64,000 nt of DNA from Alphaproteobacteria bacterium (lineage in GTDB: Bacteria > Pseudomonadota > Alphaproteobacteria > UBA828), in contig CBDCRW010000005.1 in the NCBI GenBank assembly GCA_965221125.1, positions 448,001 through 512,000 on the forward strand, written 5' to 3'. This document shows, piece after piece, positions 50,556 to 59,702 of this stretch. Position 1 is the stretch's first letter, and each line of letters begins with the position of its first letter. Under the pieces are notes generated by a model. That model worked only from the letters and a program-made list of their open reading frames with translations. It was not told where the DNA came from and did no database searches. The position numbers and the translations under genes were made by a program.

Positions 50556-51410
50556 TGCGCCCTTGTTCAGTTCCCGCCGCAGATCGCGCAGAAAGTCGCC
50601 CGCCGCATGGGCCGGGACCGTCGAGGCCCGCACCAGGGCGTCGAAATGCCGCGTGAGCACGCGGATGTGCTGCAACGTGTTGAAGGCGAAGAACATCTGG
50701 CCGACGTAGACCGCCGCCCGCTGCGGCCCGAACACCGTGTAGGGCACAGAGAAGTGGGTGAGGCCGTCGAAGAAGAACATGCGGAGCGTCGGGTAGAGCT
50801 CGTCGATCAGCCCGATCATGTGATCGAGCTGCGCGCGCCTGGCCGGCAGCGACAGATCGCGCCAGATGCTCTCGCCGCGCGCGAACGTTTCCAGGGACTG
50901 GCGCGACTGGCAGATCTCGATGTCCGTCTCCGGCAGCCGCACGTAGGCGAGGCGGCCGTGGGAGGCGGCAATGGCCCGGTCGGCGGACCGGGCGGCGAAA
51001 TCGCGATACTCGTGGTCCAGCACCTCTTCGGTCTTCATGAGGTCCGGCAGGGTCGCCGGCACGTGGCGGATCTTGTAGCCCGCCGCCTCTGCGTACCAGG
51101 CGGCGAGGCTCTCATCCGCCGGCTCGTCGGCGCTCTCCCGCACCTCCACCGATTCCAGCAGGATGTCGGCGCCGACTTTCTGCTGCTGGCTGAGACCGAG
51201 CAGCCAGTCGAGGCTCACGTGGAGAGCGGACGCGATTGCCGCAACGGTGTCGGCGCGCGGCAGGCGGTCGGCCTCCGGCGTCAGAAGCTGCGAGAGGGTG
51301 GAGCGGTCGACGCCGATCTGCGCCGCGAGGGTCGAGCGGTTGACCCGCGCGGTCGCCATGGCCTCGGCCAGCCGCTCGCGAAAGCGTTGCGCCGTATCGC
51401 GCCTGTCCAT
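50553..51410 (-). CDS. XRE-family HTH transcriptional regulator with a C-terminal sensor-like domain
   Basis: 'NRSTLAAQIGVDRSTLSQLL...RLPR...VSLDWLLGL'; divergent from the desaturase. Confidence 0.88.
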   Translation of the reverse strand: MDRRDTAQRFRERLAEAMATARVNRSTLAAQIGVDRSTLSQLLTPEADRLPRADTVAAIASALHVSLDWLLGLSQQQKVGADILLESVEVRESADEPADESLAAWYAEAAGYKIRHVPATLPDLMKTEEVLDHEYRDFAARSADRAIAASHGRLAYVRLPETDIEICQSRQSLETFARGESIWRDLSLPARRAQLDHMIGLIDELYPTLRMFFFDGLTHFSVPYTVFGPQRAAVYVGQMFFAFNTLQHIRVLTRHFDALVRASTVPAHAAGDFLRDLRRELNKGA

Positions 51411-51606
51411 GCACCTTCTCCCGCGGATGCGAGGCGTACTCAACTAAATGCGTACTACATCACCAAACGCGGAACTATTGCGGACATTATGACCTAGCGC
51501 GCGAATTCGCACGTTGTTTCATCGGTTGGCGGGTCGCAGTGTGGACTCTCGCTGCCGTCACAGCCGGGTCAATTCGTTGCAGAGCACCGATAACTCCCTC
51601 GCACGA

Positions 51607-52521
51607 GTGGACCTCCCTGCCCTCTGGCGACGTGCCGAGGGGCCGACCTGGCTCGTGGCGGCAGCGGTCTACGGCGGATGGTTCGTGCTCACCTGGTACC
51701 ACCATGCCCTGCCGTGGTGGCTGGTCCTGCCGCTCGGCGGTTGGCTGATCGGCTGGCACGGCGGCCTGCAGCACGAGGTGATCCACGGGCACCCGACGCG
51801 CCGGCCTGCGGTCAACACGGCGCTCGCCATGGCCCCGGTCGCGCTGTGGCTGCCCTATCCCCTCTACCGCAGCCGCCACCTCAGCCACCACGCCACGCCG
51901 CACCTCACCGACCCGCTGGCCGATACCGAGAGTTTTTACGTCGAACCGCGGCGGTGGCGGCGGCTGGGGCCGGTCCGGCGGGCTCTGCTGCGAGTCCACA
52001 ACACGCTGGCAGGCCGGCTGCTGCTCGGACCGGCGCTCACGATCCTCGCCTTCTGGCGGGAGGAGGGCGCCCGGCTGCTGCGCAACGAGCCAGGGTGCGT
52101 GCGCATATGGACGGAGCACGCGGTGCTGACGGCTGCGGTGCTGATCTGGGTGCTCTGGGTCTGCGGCATCCCGCTCTGGGCCTACGTGATGCTCTACGTC
52201 TATCCGGGCGTCGCGCTCATCCTGCTGCGCTCCTACACCGAGCACCGCCCGGCGGCGGACCAAGCCGGGCGCACCGTCATCGTGGAGGCCGGGCCGCTGA
52301 TGAGGCTGCTCTTCCTCGGCAACAACTTCCACGCCCTCCACCACGAGCGGCCCGGCATCGCGTGGTATGACCTGCCCCACGTCTACCGCGCCGAACGGCA
52401 GCGGGTGCTCGCCGACAATGGCGGCTTCCTGTTCACCGGCTACGGCGATATCGTGCGGCGGTTCCTGTGGCGGGTGAAGGATTCGCCGCTGCACCCCGGC
52501 CCGGCCGGCCAGGAGACATAG
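51607..52521 (+). CDS. Membrane fatty acid desaturase-family di-iron protein
   Basis: His boxes 'QHEVIHGH', 'HLSHH', 'EH', 'FHALHH'; TM helices; GTG start at 51607 assumed. Confidence 0.9.
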   Translation: MDLPALWRRAEGPTWLVAAAVYGGWFVLTWYHHALPWWLVLPLGGWLIGWHGGLQHEVIHGHPTRRPAVNTALAMAPVALWLPYPLYRSRHLSHHATPHLTDPLADTESFYVEPRRWRRLGPVRRALLRVHNTLAGRLLLGPALTILAFWREEGARLLRNEPGCVRIWTEHAVLTAAVLIWVLWVCGIPLWAYVMLYVYPGVALILLRSYTEHRPAADQAGRTVIVEAGPLMRLLFLGNNFHALHHERPGIAWYDLPHVYRAERQRVLADNGGFLFTGYGDIVRRFLWRVKDSPLHPGPAGQET

Positions 52522-52534
52522 GGAGGGCTGCCTC

Positions 52535-53593
52535 ATGACCGACGCCACCGTGGCTGGCGGACCGGGCCTGCTCGAACGGCTCGACACGGGGCCGGTCATC
52601 TGCGCCGAGGGCTATCTGTTCGAGATCGAGCGCCGGGGCTACCTCTCCGCCGGCGCCTACGTGCCGGAAGCCGTGCTCGAGCACCCCGACGCGGTGGCGC
52701 GGCTGCACCGCGACTTCCTGCACGCGGGCTCCGAGGTCATGCTCGCCTTCACCTACTATGCCCACCGGGAAAAGCTCCGCCTGATCGGCAAGGAGGGCGC
52801 GCTGGAGGAGATCAACCGCACCGCGCTCCGCCTTGCGCGCGAGGCGGCGTTGGAAGGCGATGCGTTGGTCGCCGGAAATGTGTGTAATTCCAATATTTTC
52901 GTCCATGGCGACCCTGAATCTGCGCGGACGGTCCGCGCCATGTTCGACGAGCAGGTGGGCTGGGCCGTCGACGAGGGCGTGGACTTCATTGTCGCCGAGA
53001 CCATCTCGTTCGCGAGCGAGGCCCGGCTCGCGCTGGACGCGATCAAGGCGGCCGGGGTGCCGGCGGTCATCAACATCGCCATCCACCGCGAGCCGCACAC
53101 GCGGGACGGGCTGACCCCGGCCGAAGCGGCGAAACGCCTGGAAGACGCGGGCGCCGACGTGGTCGGGCTCAACTGCGCGCGCGGGCCGGCCTCCATGCTA
53201 CCGCTGCTGGGCCCCATCTGCGAGGCGGTGAGCTGCCATGTCTCGGCACTCCCGGTGGCCTACCGGACGAGCGCGGACGAGCCCACCTTCCAGTCGCTCA
53301 GCGATCCCAATTGCGGCTGCCTGCCCGACGGGCGCCCCTTCCCGGTCGCCCTCGACCCCTTCACGGTCAATCGCTACGAGATCGAGGAATTCACCCGAGA
53401 TGCGCACGCGCTCGGCGTGAACTACCTCGGCGTCTGCTGCGGCGCCGGGCCCCACCACGTCCGCGCCGTGGCCGAGGCGCTCGGCCGCCGCCCGCCCGCA
53501 AGCAAGTACTCGCCCGACATGTCGCGCCACGCCTTCTACGGCACGTCCGACCAGGTCCCGTCCGCATACAAGGACTTCTCGAAGAACCTGTAG
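52535..53593 (+). CDS. Homocysteine S-methyltransferase, BHMT-like (copy A)
   Basis: 'EHPDAV..LHRDFL.AGS.V', Zn ligands 'GLNC' and 'GVCCG', 'HHVRA.AE'; 352 aa. Confidence 0.92.
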   Translation: MTDATVAGGPGLLERLDTGPVICAEGYLFEIERRGYLSAGAYVPEAVLEHPDAVARLHRDFLHAGSEVMLAFTYYAHREKLRLIGKEGALEEINRTALRLAREAALEGDALVAGNVCNSNIFVHGDPESARTVRAMFDEQVGWAVDEGVDFIVAETISFASEARLALDAIKAAGVPAVINIAIHREPHTRDGLTPAEAAKRLEDAGADVVGLNCARGPASMLPLLGPICEAVSCHVSALPVAYRTSADEPTFQSLSDPNCGCLPDGRPFPVALDPFTVNRYEIEEFTRDAHALGVNYLGVCCGAGPHHVRAVAEALGRRPPASKYSPDMSRHAFYGTSDQVPSAYKDFSKNL

Positions 53594-53665
53594 CGCGGGT
53601 CTCACCCGCAAATTGTGGCGAGCCTCGCCGACCCGAGAGGCCGGCGCGAGCGAGGAGAATTCTCG

Positions 53666-54724
53666 ATGGACGACCCTTCAGCGACCGACGTGCCGGGGCT
53701 TCTCGAACGGCTCGAAGCGGGGCCGGTCATCTGCGCCGAGGGCTACCTGTTCGAGCTCGAGCGCGCCGGCTACGTCACCGCCGGCCCCTACGTGCCCGAA
53801 GCGGTGCTCGAACACCCCGATGCGGTGGTACGCCTGCACCGCGACTTCCTGCGCGCGGGCTCCGACGTCATGCTGGCGTTCACCTACTACGCCCATCGGG
53901 AGAAGCTAAGGCTGGTCGGCAAAGAGGATGCGCTGGAGGAGATGAACCGCACCGCGATCCGCCTTGCGCGCGTGGTGGCGCAGGAGGGCGGCGCGCTGGT
54001 CGCGGGCAACGTGTGCAACTCGAACATCTACGTGGACGGCGAGCCCGAGTCCGCGCGGACGGTGCGCGCCATGTTCGACGAGCAGGTGGGCTGGGCCGTC
54101 GACGAAGGCGTGGACTTCATCGTCGCCGAAACCATCGGGTATGCCAGCGAGGCGCTGCTCGCGCTCGACGCGATCAAGGAATCCGGCCTGCCGGCGGTGA
54201 TCAATCTCGCCATCTTCCGGGATCCGCTGACACGGGAGGGGCTGACCCCGGCGGAGGCCTGCAAGCGGCTCGAGGATGCGGGCGCCGACGTGGTCGGGCT
54301 CAACTGCGCGCGCGGGCCGGCGACCATGCTGCCGCTGCTGCGCTCCATCCGCGAGGCGGTGAGCTGCCACGTCGCGGCGCTGCCCGTGGCCTACCGCACC
54401 AGCGCAAACGAGCCGACCTTTCTCTCCATGAGCGATGCGGACTGCGGCTGCCTGCCGGAGGGGCGCGCCTTCCCCACCGCGCTCGACAACCTCGCCTGCA
54501 ACCGCTACGAGATCGCGGAGTTCACCAAGGCAGCGCGGGAACTGGGGGTGAACTACCTCGGGGTCTGCTGCGGCGCGGCTCCCCACCACATCCGCAGCAT
54601 GGCGGAGGCGCTCGGCCGCCGCCCGCCGGCGAGCAAGTACTCGCCCGACATGTCGCGCCACGCCTATCTCGGCACCGTCCCCGAGATTCCGGCGGCCAAC
54701 AAGGCGTTCGTGAAGGGCATGTAG
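53666..54724 (+). CDS. Homocysteine S-methyltransferase, BHMT-like (copy B)
   Basis: GAGGAG RBS; 352 aa, aligns without gaps to copy A, same Zn motifs. Confidence 0.92.
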   Translation: MDDPSATDVPGLLERLEAGPVICAEGYLFELERAGYVTAGPYVPEAVLEHPDAVVRLHRDFLRAGSDVMLAFTYYAHREKLRLVGKEDALEEMNRTAIRLARVVAQEGGALVAGNVCNSNIYVDGEPESARTVRAMFDEQVGWAVDEGVDFIVAETIGYASEALLALDAIKESGLPAVINLAIFRDPLTREGLTPAEACKRLEDAGADVVGLNCARGPATMLPLLRSIREAVSCHVAALPVAYRTSANEPTFLSMSDADCGCLPEGRAFPTALDNLACNRYEIAEFTKAARELGVNYLGVCCGAAPHHIRSMAEALGRRPPASKYSPDMSRHAYLGTVPEIPAANKAFVKGM

Positions 54725-54746
54725 CCCGCGCCGGCGCGGGCCTCTC

Positions 54747-56357
54747 TCAGCCGCCCACCCCGCCGTAGGCGACGCCGGAGAGGCGCGCCATGTCCTCCTT
54801 CCAGGTCACGAGGTCGTCGAGCGCGAATTCGCCGAGGTGCGTGTGCCCGCAGGCGCGCGCCATGATCTTCATCAGCTCGACGCTCGCCTCGAAGAAGCTC
54901 GCGAGCCGCCGCGCCGACTTCTCCACCTCGATCCGCGCGGCAAGATGAGGCTTCTGCGTCGCGATGCCGACCGGGCAGTTGTTGGTGTGGCAGGCGCGCA
55001 TGCCGAGGCAGCCGATGGCCTGAATCGCGGCATTGGAAACCGCGACCGCATCGGCGCCGAGCGCCAGCGCCTTGGCGAAATCGGCGGGCTTGCGAAGGCC
55101 GCCCGTGATCACCAGCGTCACGTCCCGGCGCCCGGACGCGTCGAGATGGCGGCGGGCGCGCGCCAGCGCCGGGATCGTCGGCACCGAGATGTTGTCGCGG
55201 AAGATGAGCGGCGCCGCCCCGGTGCCGCCGCCGCGGCCATCCAGGATGACGTAGTCGACGCCCACGTCCAGCGCCGCGTCGATGTCCTTCTCGATGTGCT
55301 GGGCCGAGAGCTTGTAGCCGATGGGGATGCCGCCGGTGCGGCTGCGCACCTCGTCGGCGAAGTCCCGCACCTGGCGCCAGTCCGTCCAGTCCGGGAAGCG
55401 AGGCGGCGAGACCGCGGGCGTGCCTTCGGGCAGCCCCCGCACGTCGGCGATCTTGCCCATCACTTTGTGCCCTGGCAGGTGCCCGCCGGTGCCTGTCTTG
55501 GCGCCTTGCCCGCCCTTGAAGTGGAAGGCCTGCACGTGCTCGAGCTTGTCCCACGAGAAGCCGAAGCGGCCGGAGGCATACTCGTAGAAGTAGCGGCTGC
55601 AGGCCTGCTGCTCCTCCGGCAGCATGCCGCCCTCGCCCGAGCAGATGCCGGTGCCGGAAAGCTCCGCGCCGCGCGCGAGCGAAACCTTGGCGGGCTCCGA
55701 GAGCGCCCCAAAACTCATGTCGGAGACGAGGAGCGGAATCTCCAGCGTGAGCGGCTTCTGCGCATTGGGCCCGATCACCACCTCGGTGCCGACCGGCTCG
55801 TCGTCCAGGTGCGGCATGCGGTGAAGCTGCGCCGTGATGAACTGGATGTCGTCCCAGCTCGGCAGGTCCTGGCGCGGCACGCCCATGGCCACGACCACGC
55901 CGTGGTGGCCGGTCTTGGCAAGCCCGTCCTTCGCGTAGCCCTGGATGAGGCCCACATGGGGCTCCTCGGCTGCCGGGTGCGTGTCGGCGTAGAGGCCGAG
56001 ATACTCGTCCCGCTTGAAGGGCTGCGGGTGCTCCTCCTCCCAGGTGCCGATCTCGTCGGCGTCCACCAGAATCTGCCCGTCCTCGATCCACGAGGCGAAC
56101 CTGGGCAGGACCTCCGCGTTGTTGTACTCGCTGACGCCGGTATCGAGGCGGTAGTCCCAGTCGTGCACGCCGCAGATCAGGTTCTCGCCGTCGACGTAGC
56201 CGTCGGACATGAGCGCGCCCCGGTGCAGGCAGCGGCCGTAGAAGACGGACACGTTGTCGTCGTAGCGCACGACGCAGAGATCGACGTCGCCGACCAGCGC
56301 GTAGGCCGGCTCGCGGTCAGCCAATTCGTCGAGCGTCTTGATCGCGATCTTGTTCAT
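54747..56357 (-). CDS. Rieske domain fused to an FMN-binding glutamate synthase-like domain
   Basis: N-terminal 'CLHRG...LICGVH'; 'MSFGALS', 'SGEGG', 'GQGAK.G.GGHLP', 'DG.GGGTGAAP', 3Fe-4S motif 'CLGMRACHTNNCPVG'. Confidence 0.9.
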   Translation of the reverse strand: MNKIAIKTLDELADREPAYALVGDVDLCVVRYDDNVSVFYGRCLHRGALMSDGYVDGENLICGVHDWDYRLDTGVSEYNNAEVLPRFASWIEDGQILVDADEIGTWEEEHPQPFKRDEYLGLYADTHPAAEEPHVGLIQGYAKDGLAKTGHHGVVVAMGVPRQDLPSWDDIQFITAQLHRMPHLDDEPVGTEVVIGPNAQKPLTLEIPLLVSDMSFGALSEPAKVSLARGAELSGTGICSGEGGMLPEEQQACSRYFYEYASGRFGFSWDKLEHVQAFHFKGGQGAKTGTGGHLPGHKVMGKIADVRGLPEGTPAVSPPRFPDWTDWRQVRDFADEVRSRTGGIPIGYKLSAQHIEKDIDAALDVGVDYVILDGRGGGTGAAPLIFRDNISVPTIPALARARRHLDASGRRDVTLVITGGLRKPADFAKALALGADAVAVSNAAIQAIGCLGMRACHTNNCPVGIATQKPHLAARIEVEKSARRLASFFEASVELMKIMARACGHTHLGEFALDDLVTWKEDMARLSGVAYGGVGG

Positions 56358-56421
56358 CGGCTTGTGCCTTTCGCCGCCGCGCGCGGCCCGCACGGCGCCC
56401 TGTCGATGCTCAGGCGCCGCC

Positions 56422-56661
56422 TCAATCGCCTGGGTCGGCGAGGGAAACGCCGCGTCTGCGCAGCAGGAGTTCGGCTCGCCTGAAGACGATGTGGGCGACG
56501 CACAGCAGGGCGAAGGCGCCCATGACGCCGGCGAAGATGCCGAAGCCGGAGATGAGCGTGCCGCGAATCTGCTGCTGCACCTCCAGATAGACCCAGTAGG
56601 AGGCGTAGCCCAGGCCGGCGGTCACGATTGCGCCGATAACGATCCAGGCGGCGTTGCGCAT
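56422..56661 (-). CDS. Small two-TM hypothetical protein
   Basis: Starts 3 bp after the upstream gene's stop; two hydrophobic helices. Confidence 0.65.
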   Translation of the reverse strand: MRNAAWIVIGAIVTAGLGYASYWVYLEVQQQIRGTLISGFGIFAGVMGAFALLCVAHIVFRRAELLLRRRGVSLADPGD

Positions 56662-56664
56662 GGC

Positions 56665-57453
56665 TCAGAGCACCTTGGCCTTGTCGATGTCGACCTTGAA
56701 GACGAGCAAGTCGTCGAGGCGCTCGACCTCGCCTTCGAGCTGGACGAGGACCGCCACGTAGTCGCCGAAGTTGTCGGGGAGCGGCCCGCCGTCCTCATCG
56801 GCCATCAGCAGGAAGGTCTCGCCGGCGACCGCGCCTTCCTCTTGCGTGACGAAAATCGGCGGCGCGCCGGAGGAGATGCAGAGGTTGGCGCAGGCCTTGT
56901 GCGCGAGCCCGTCGCCCGGCCGCATCGCGCCGAGATGGCACTTGCTGTCGCAGATCTCGCCGATCAACCGCCAGCGCCCGAGGGGCTCGGCCGGGGCCGG
57001 GGTGAACGTCGGCGGCGGCTCGCCCTCGCCCGCCTCGGTCGCCTTGAGGGACTTCTTGCCCTGGACCTGCAGCATGTCGATGTCGCCGCGCTGAAACATG
57101 AAGCCCTTCACGTCGACGAGCTGGCCGAAAAGTTTTCTGCCGCGGCGCTTGACGCTGCGCTTGCCGGGCACCGTGAGCATGACCGTCCGGGCTTCGGGAT
57201 TCTTGGCGTCCGGGCGCACGCGCAGGATCGGATAGGGCTTCTCCAACAGCACCCCCGTCATCTCCTGCTTGCCGAGCTTGCGCGCGAACGCGCCGTCGCC
57301 GGGGTCGTTCGCGTTGGTGCCGAGCGCGTAGCCGAGGCCCGCCATGCTGCCCACGAGCAGGGCGGCGACCGCCACGAGGAAGATCGCGAGCGGGCGCGGC
57401 ACCGTGTTCAGGTAGCCGATGAAGAAGCCGGAATCGGGTGCGCGGCCTGCCAT
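56665..57453 (-). CDS. Membrane-anchored hypothetical protein with a Cys/His cluster
   Basis: 'FFIGY', TM helix, 'GEICDSKCHLGAMRPG.G..HKACANLCISSG'; tightly packed in the operon. Confidence 0.8.
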   Translation of the reverse strand: MAGRAPDSGFFIGYLNTVPRPLAIFLVAVAALLVGSMAGLGYALGTNANDPGDGAFARKLGKQEMTGVLLEKPYPILRVRPDAKNPEARTVMLTVPGKRSVKRRGRKLFGQLVDVKGFMFQRGDIDMLQVQGKKSLKATEAGEGEPPPTFTPAPAEPLGRWRLIGEICDSKCHLGAMRPGDGLAHKACANLCISSGAPPIFVTQEEGAVAGETFLLMADEDGGPLPDNFGDYVAVLVQLEGEVERLDDLLVFKVDIDKAKVL

Positions 57454-57454
57454 G

Positions 57455-58525
57455 TTACGCCTCCGTCACGTCTGCGGGAGCGATGCGCACCGGCTCGACA
57501 CGGGTGCCGGGCTCGTTGGCCCGCGGGTCGAGCAGGATGCGCCGGCCGTCGAGCTTGAGCCGGTAAGTCGCGACCTTCTCGGTAAACGGCGGCGGCGCGC
57601 GGCCGTCCTCCGGCCGGTACTGGAAGCCGTGCCACGGGCAGGTCACGCAACCGTCCATGATGCGCCCCTCGCCGAGCGGCCCGTTCTGATGGGCGCAGAC
57701 GTTGGCGAGCGCCGACAGCTTGTCGTCGTAGCGGAAGATCGCGACCCGCTCGTCCCCGTCCAGCGGCACGACGATTCCGCGCCCGTCCGGCACCTGCTCC
57801 ACATAGCCGGCGACGACCCAGGGCGCCTCCTCGGCGTCCTCGGCCGCGTTCCGGTCCTTCTGCCGCTCGATGCGCCCCGCGACGAGGTGCAGGCCGGTGA
57901 CCAGCACCACGCTGAGCCCCACGATGGCGGCGAGGATCGGGCTCTGCTTCGACTGCAGGGAGCCGAGCACGATATGGCAGACGATCGCCGCATAGGCGAC
58001 GTAGACCGAGATGTGAATCGCCTTCCAGATCGACGGAGTCAGGAACCTGAGCCAGAAGTCGTGGCTCGTCGCCGCGAGCACCAGCAGCAGGAAGAGCGCG
58101 AAGATGCCGAAGGTCTCGAAGGGGAAGCCGAGGAAGCGATCGTAGCTCGTGTTGCTTGCCAGCACGGCGACGTACTTGTTGAGCGGGCTGAACGAGTAAT
58201 AGATGCTGACGATGCTGGCCGCGTGGGTGAACGCCACCGCGCAGGTGATCACGCCGAAATGCCGGCGGTTGTAGAGCAGCGGCAGGAAGCGCGTATCCAG
58301 CCGCGCGAGCGGCCCGATACAGAGGACGAACGTCAGCATCAGGAAGGCGCAGGTGCCGAAGGCCTGCGACCTGAGGATGACTCCGGTGGTGGGCTTGGTG
58401 ACGTCCTGAAAGCTTGGCGCGATCTTGATGTAGAGCAGAATGAATGCGACGACGGCCGCCAGCAGCACGACGTCGTAGATGATCTTGTTGCGGTTCCAGC
58501 CGACCGGCGCGTAGCGCACGCTCAT
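57455..58525 (-). CDS. Ferric reductase-like (MsrQ-like) TM domain fused to a Rieske [2Fe-2S] domain
   Basis: 'YNRRHFGV', 'LAATSHD', 'WKAIH..VY', 'CH' heme-b His pattern; Rieske 'CAHQNGPL...CPWHG'. Confidence 0.9.
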   Translation of the reverse strand: MSVRYAPVGWNRNKIIYDVVLLAAVVAFILLYIKIAPSFQDVTKPTTGVILRSQAFGTCAFLMLTFVLCIGPLARLDTRFLPLLYNRRHFGVITCAVAFTHAASIVSIYYSFSPLNKYVAVLASNTSYDRFLGFPFETFGIFALFLLLVLAATSHDFWLRFLTPSIWKAIHISVYVAYAAIVCHIVLGSLQSKQSPILAAIVGLSVVLVTGLHLVAGRIERQKDRNAAEDAEEAPWVVAGYVEQVPDGRGIVVPLDGDERVAIFRYDDKLSALANVCAHQNGPLGEGRIMDGCVTCPWHGFQYRPEDGRAPPPFTEKVATYRLKLDGRRILLDPRANEPGTRVEPVRIAPADVTEA

Positions 58526-58540
58526 CGCTCCAGCGCCCCC

Positions 58541-58720
58541 TTACTCGTCCGCCGTGGCGGCGGGCGCGGCGGCCTCGGCCGCGGGCTTCTCGATCTGGAC
58601 CGCGGATTTCTCCGTCGGCCCGTGCTGGCGAATGGCGAGCGCCGCGATCAGCATCGCGGGCAGGAAGATGGCGAGCACCTTCCACATGTAGGCGTGGGTC
58701 TTGCGGTGGCGGCGCAGCAT
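58541..58720 (-). CDS. 59-aa single-TM protein, absent from the ORF track
   Basis: Hand translation MLRRHRKTHAYMWKVLAIFLPAMLIAALAIRQHGPTEKSAVQIEKPAAEAAAPAATADE*; fills the operon gap with 10- and 15-bp spacers; GC3-rich. Confidence 0.75.
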   Translation of the reverse strand: MLRRHRKTHAYMWKVLAIFLPAMLIAALAIRQHGPTEKSAVQIEKPAAEAAAPAATADE

Positions 58721-58730
58721 GGCGAAGCCG

Positions 58731-58943
58731 TCAGCCGCGCTGCCGCTCGACCGCGACCCAGCGGGCGATCACCAGCGGCCAGAGCACGATGCAGCCGGGG
58801 ATCAGCAGTGGGCGGAAGGCATAGGTGCGGCGCGCGCGCGGGTCCACCCGCTCGATGCCGTAGAGCAGGAACGCGGCGGCAACGGCGAGCCCGATGTAGC
58901 CGTAGTACTGCAGAATTTCGATGACGATGCGTGCCGCGTCCAC
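58731..58943 (-). CDS. Small membrane protein
   Basis: 'Y..IG..VA..FL..GI.RVDP.A......FRPLLIPG...LWP'; GTG start; first gene of the operon. Confidence 0.75.
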   Translation of the reverse strand: MDAARIVIEILQYYGYIGLAVAAAFLLYGIERVDPRARRTYAFRPLLIPGCIVLWPLVIARWVAVERQRG

Positions 58944-59132
58944 GCTTCACCCCCCTGAAGAGCGGGCGCCGCCCATGGCCCCCGCCGGAGATCGTGTCCC
59001 GTCGCCCACCCCTGTCCTCGGCGCGGCTGAACGATACGAACGTTCGCGGCCCGTGCCAACCCAAAGTGCGATCAACAATGCGCGAGGCGCATATCAGGAG
59101 GGCCGGGCTTCGCGTAACCGGGAGCCGGCGTG

Positions 59133-59471
59133 TCAGCCGGCGAGGACCTCGAGCGCGGCGGCCCTGGTCGGGTGGACCGCGATGAGCCTGTCCGCGCCGC
59201 TCCCCGCGAAGACCGCGGCGACGACCCCCTGCGGCGCGCAGATGGCCAGGCTCACGTCGCGGTCCCGCAGGATCCGGGCGGTGATCCGAAGCGCGCGCAG
59301 GCCGACGTTGCCGATGTAGGCGAGCTGCTCGAAGTCCAGGACCACGGCGCGGTCGCCTCCCTGAAGCGCCCCGGTAATCGCTGTCTGGAGCGCGCTGGCG
59401 CTCTTCGGATCGATCCGCCCGCTCACCGCCGCGATCAGGACATCGCCGCGCCGCTCCGTGCTCACTTCCAT
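59133..59471 (-). CDS. STAS-domain protein (anti-sigma factor antagonist-like)
   Basis: 'GRID...A..L', 'VVLDFEQLAYIGNVGLR'; 112 aa; GGAGG RBS. Confidence 0.85.
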   Translation of the reverse strand: MEVSTERRGDVLIAAVSGRIDPKSASALQTAITGALQGGDRAVVLDFEQLAYIGNVGLRALRITARILRDRDVSLAICAPQGVVAAVFAGSGADRLIAVHPTRAAALEVLAG

Positions 59472-59702
59472 CGCCCGCCTCCCCGCGCAAACAGCGCGCG
59501 GCTATACCACGCGCGCAGGCTGCCCCGCCAGCCTGGGCAGCCGGCTACACGTTACCGCATGCAACTGGAGTGGAGCGGCATAGGGGAAGTGCTGGAATTC
59601 GCCCGCCATCCTCCCCATGATAGGAGCGAGCGGCGGCACCCCACGGCCCGGCCAGGGACGCGACACGAACGGGCGGGGAACCCGACCGCAGAGGGCTGGG
59701 AG

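Noticed and set aside
54747-56357. Calling this gene gltB
   Set aside because: Only the FMN/3Fe-4S domain is present (536 aa including Rieske); no amidotransferase domain and no gltD
59040-59062. Sigma54 promoter (TTGGCACG on the minus strand) for the Rieske operon
   Set aside because: The required GC at -12 (GG-N10-GC) is absent; the sequence reads GA there
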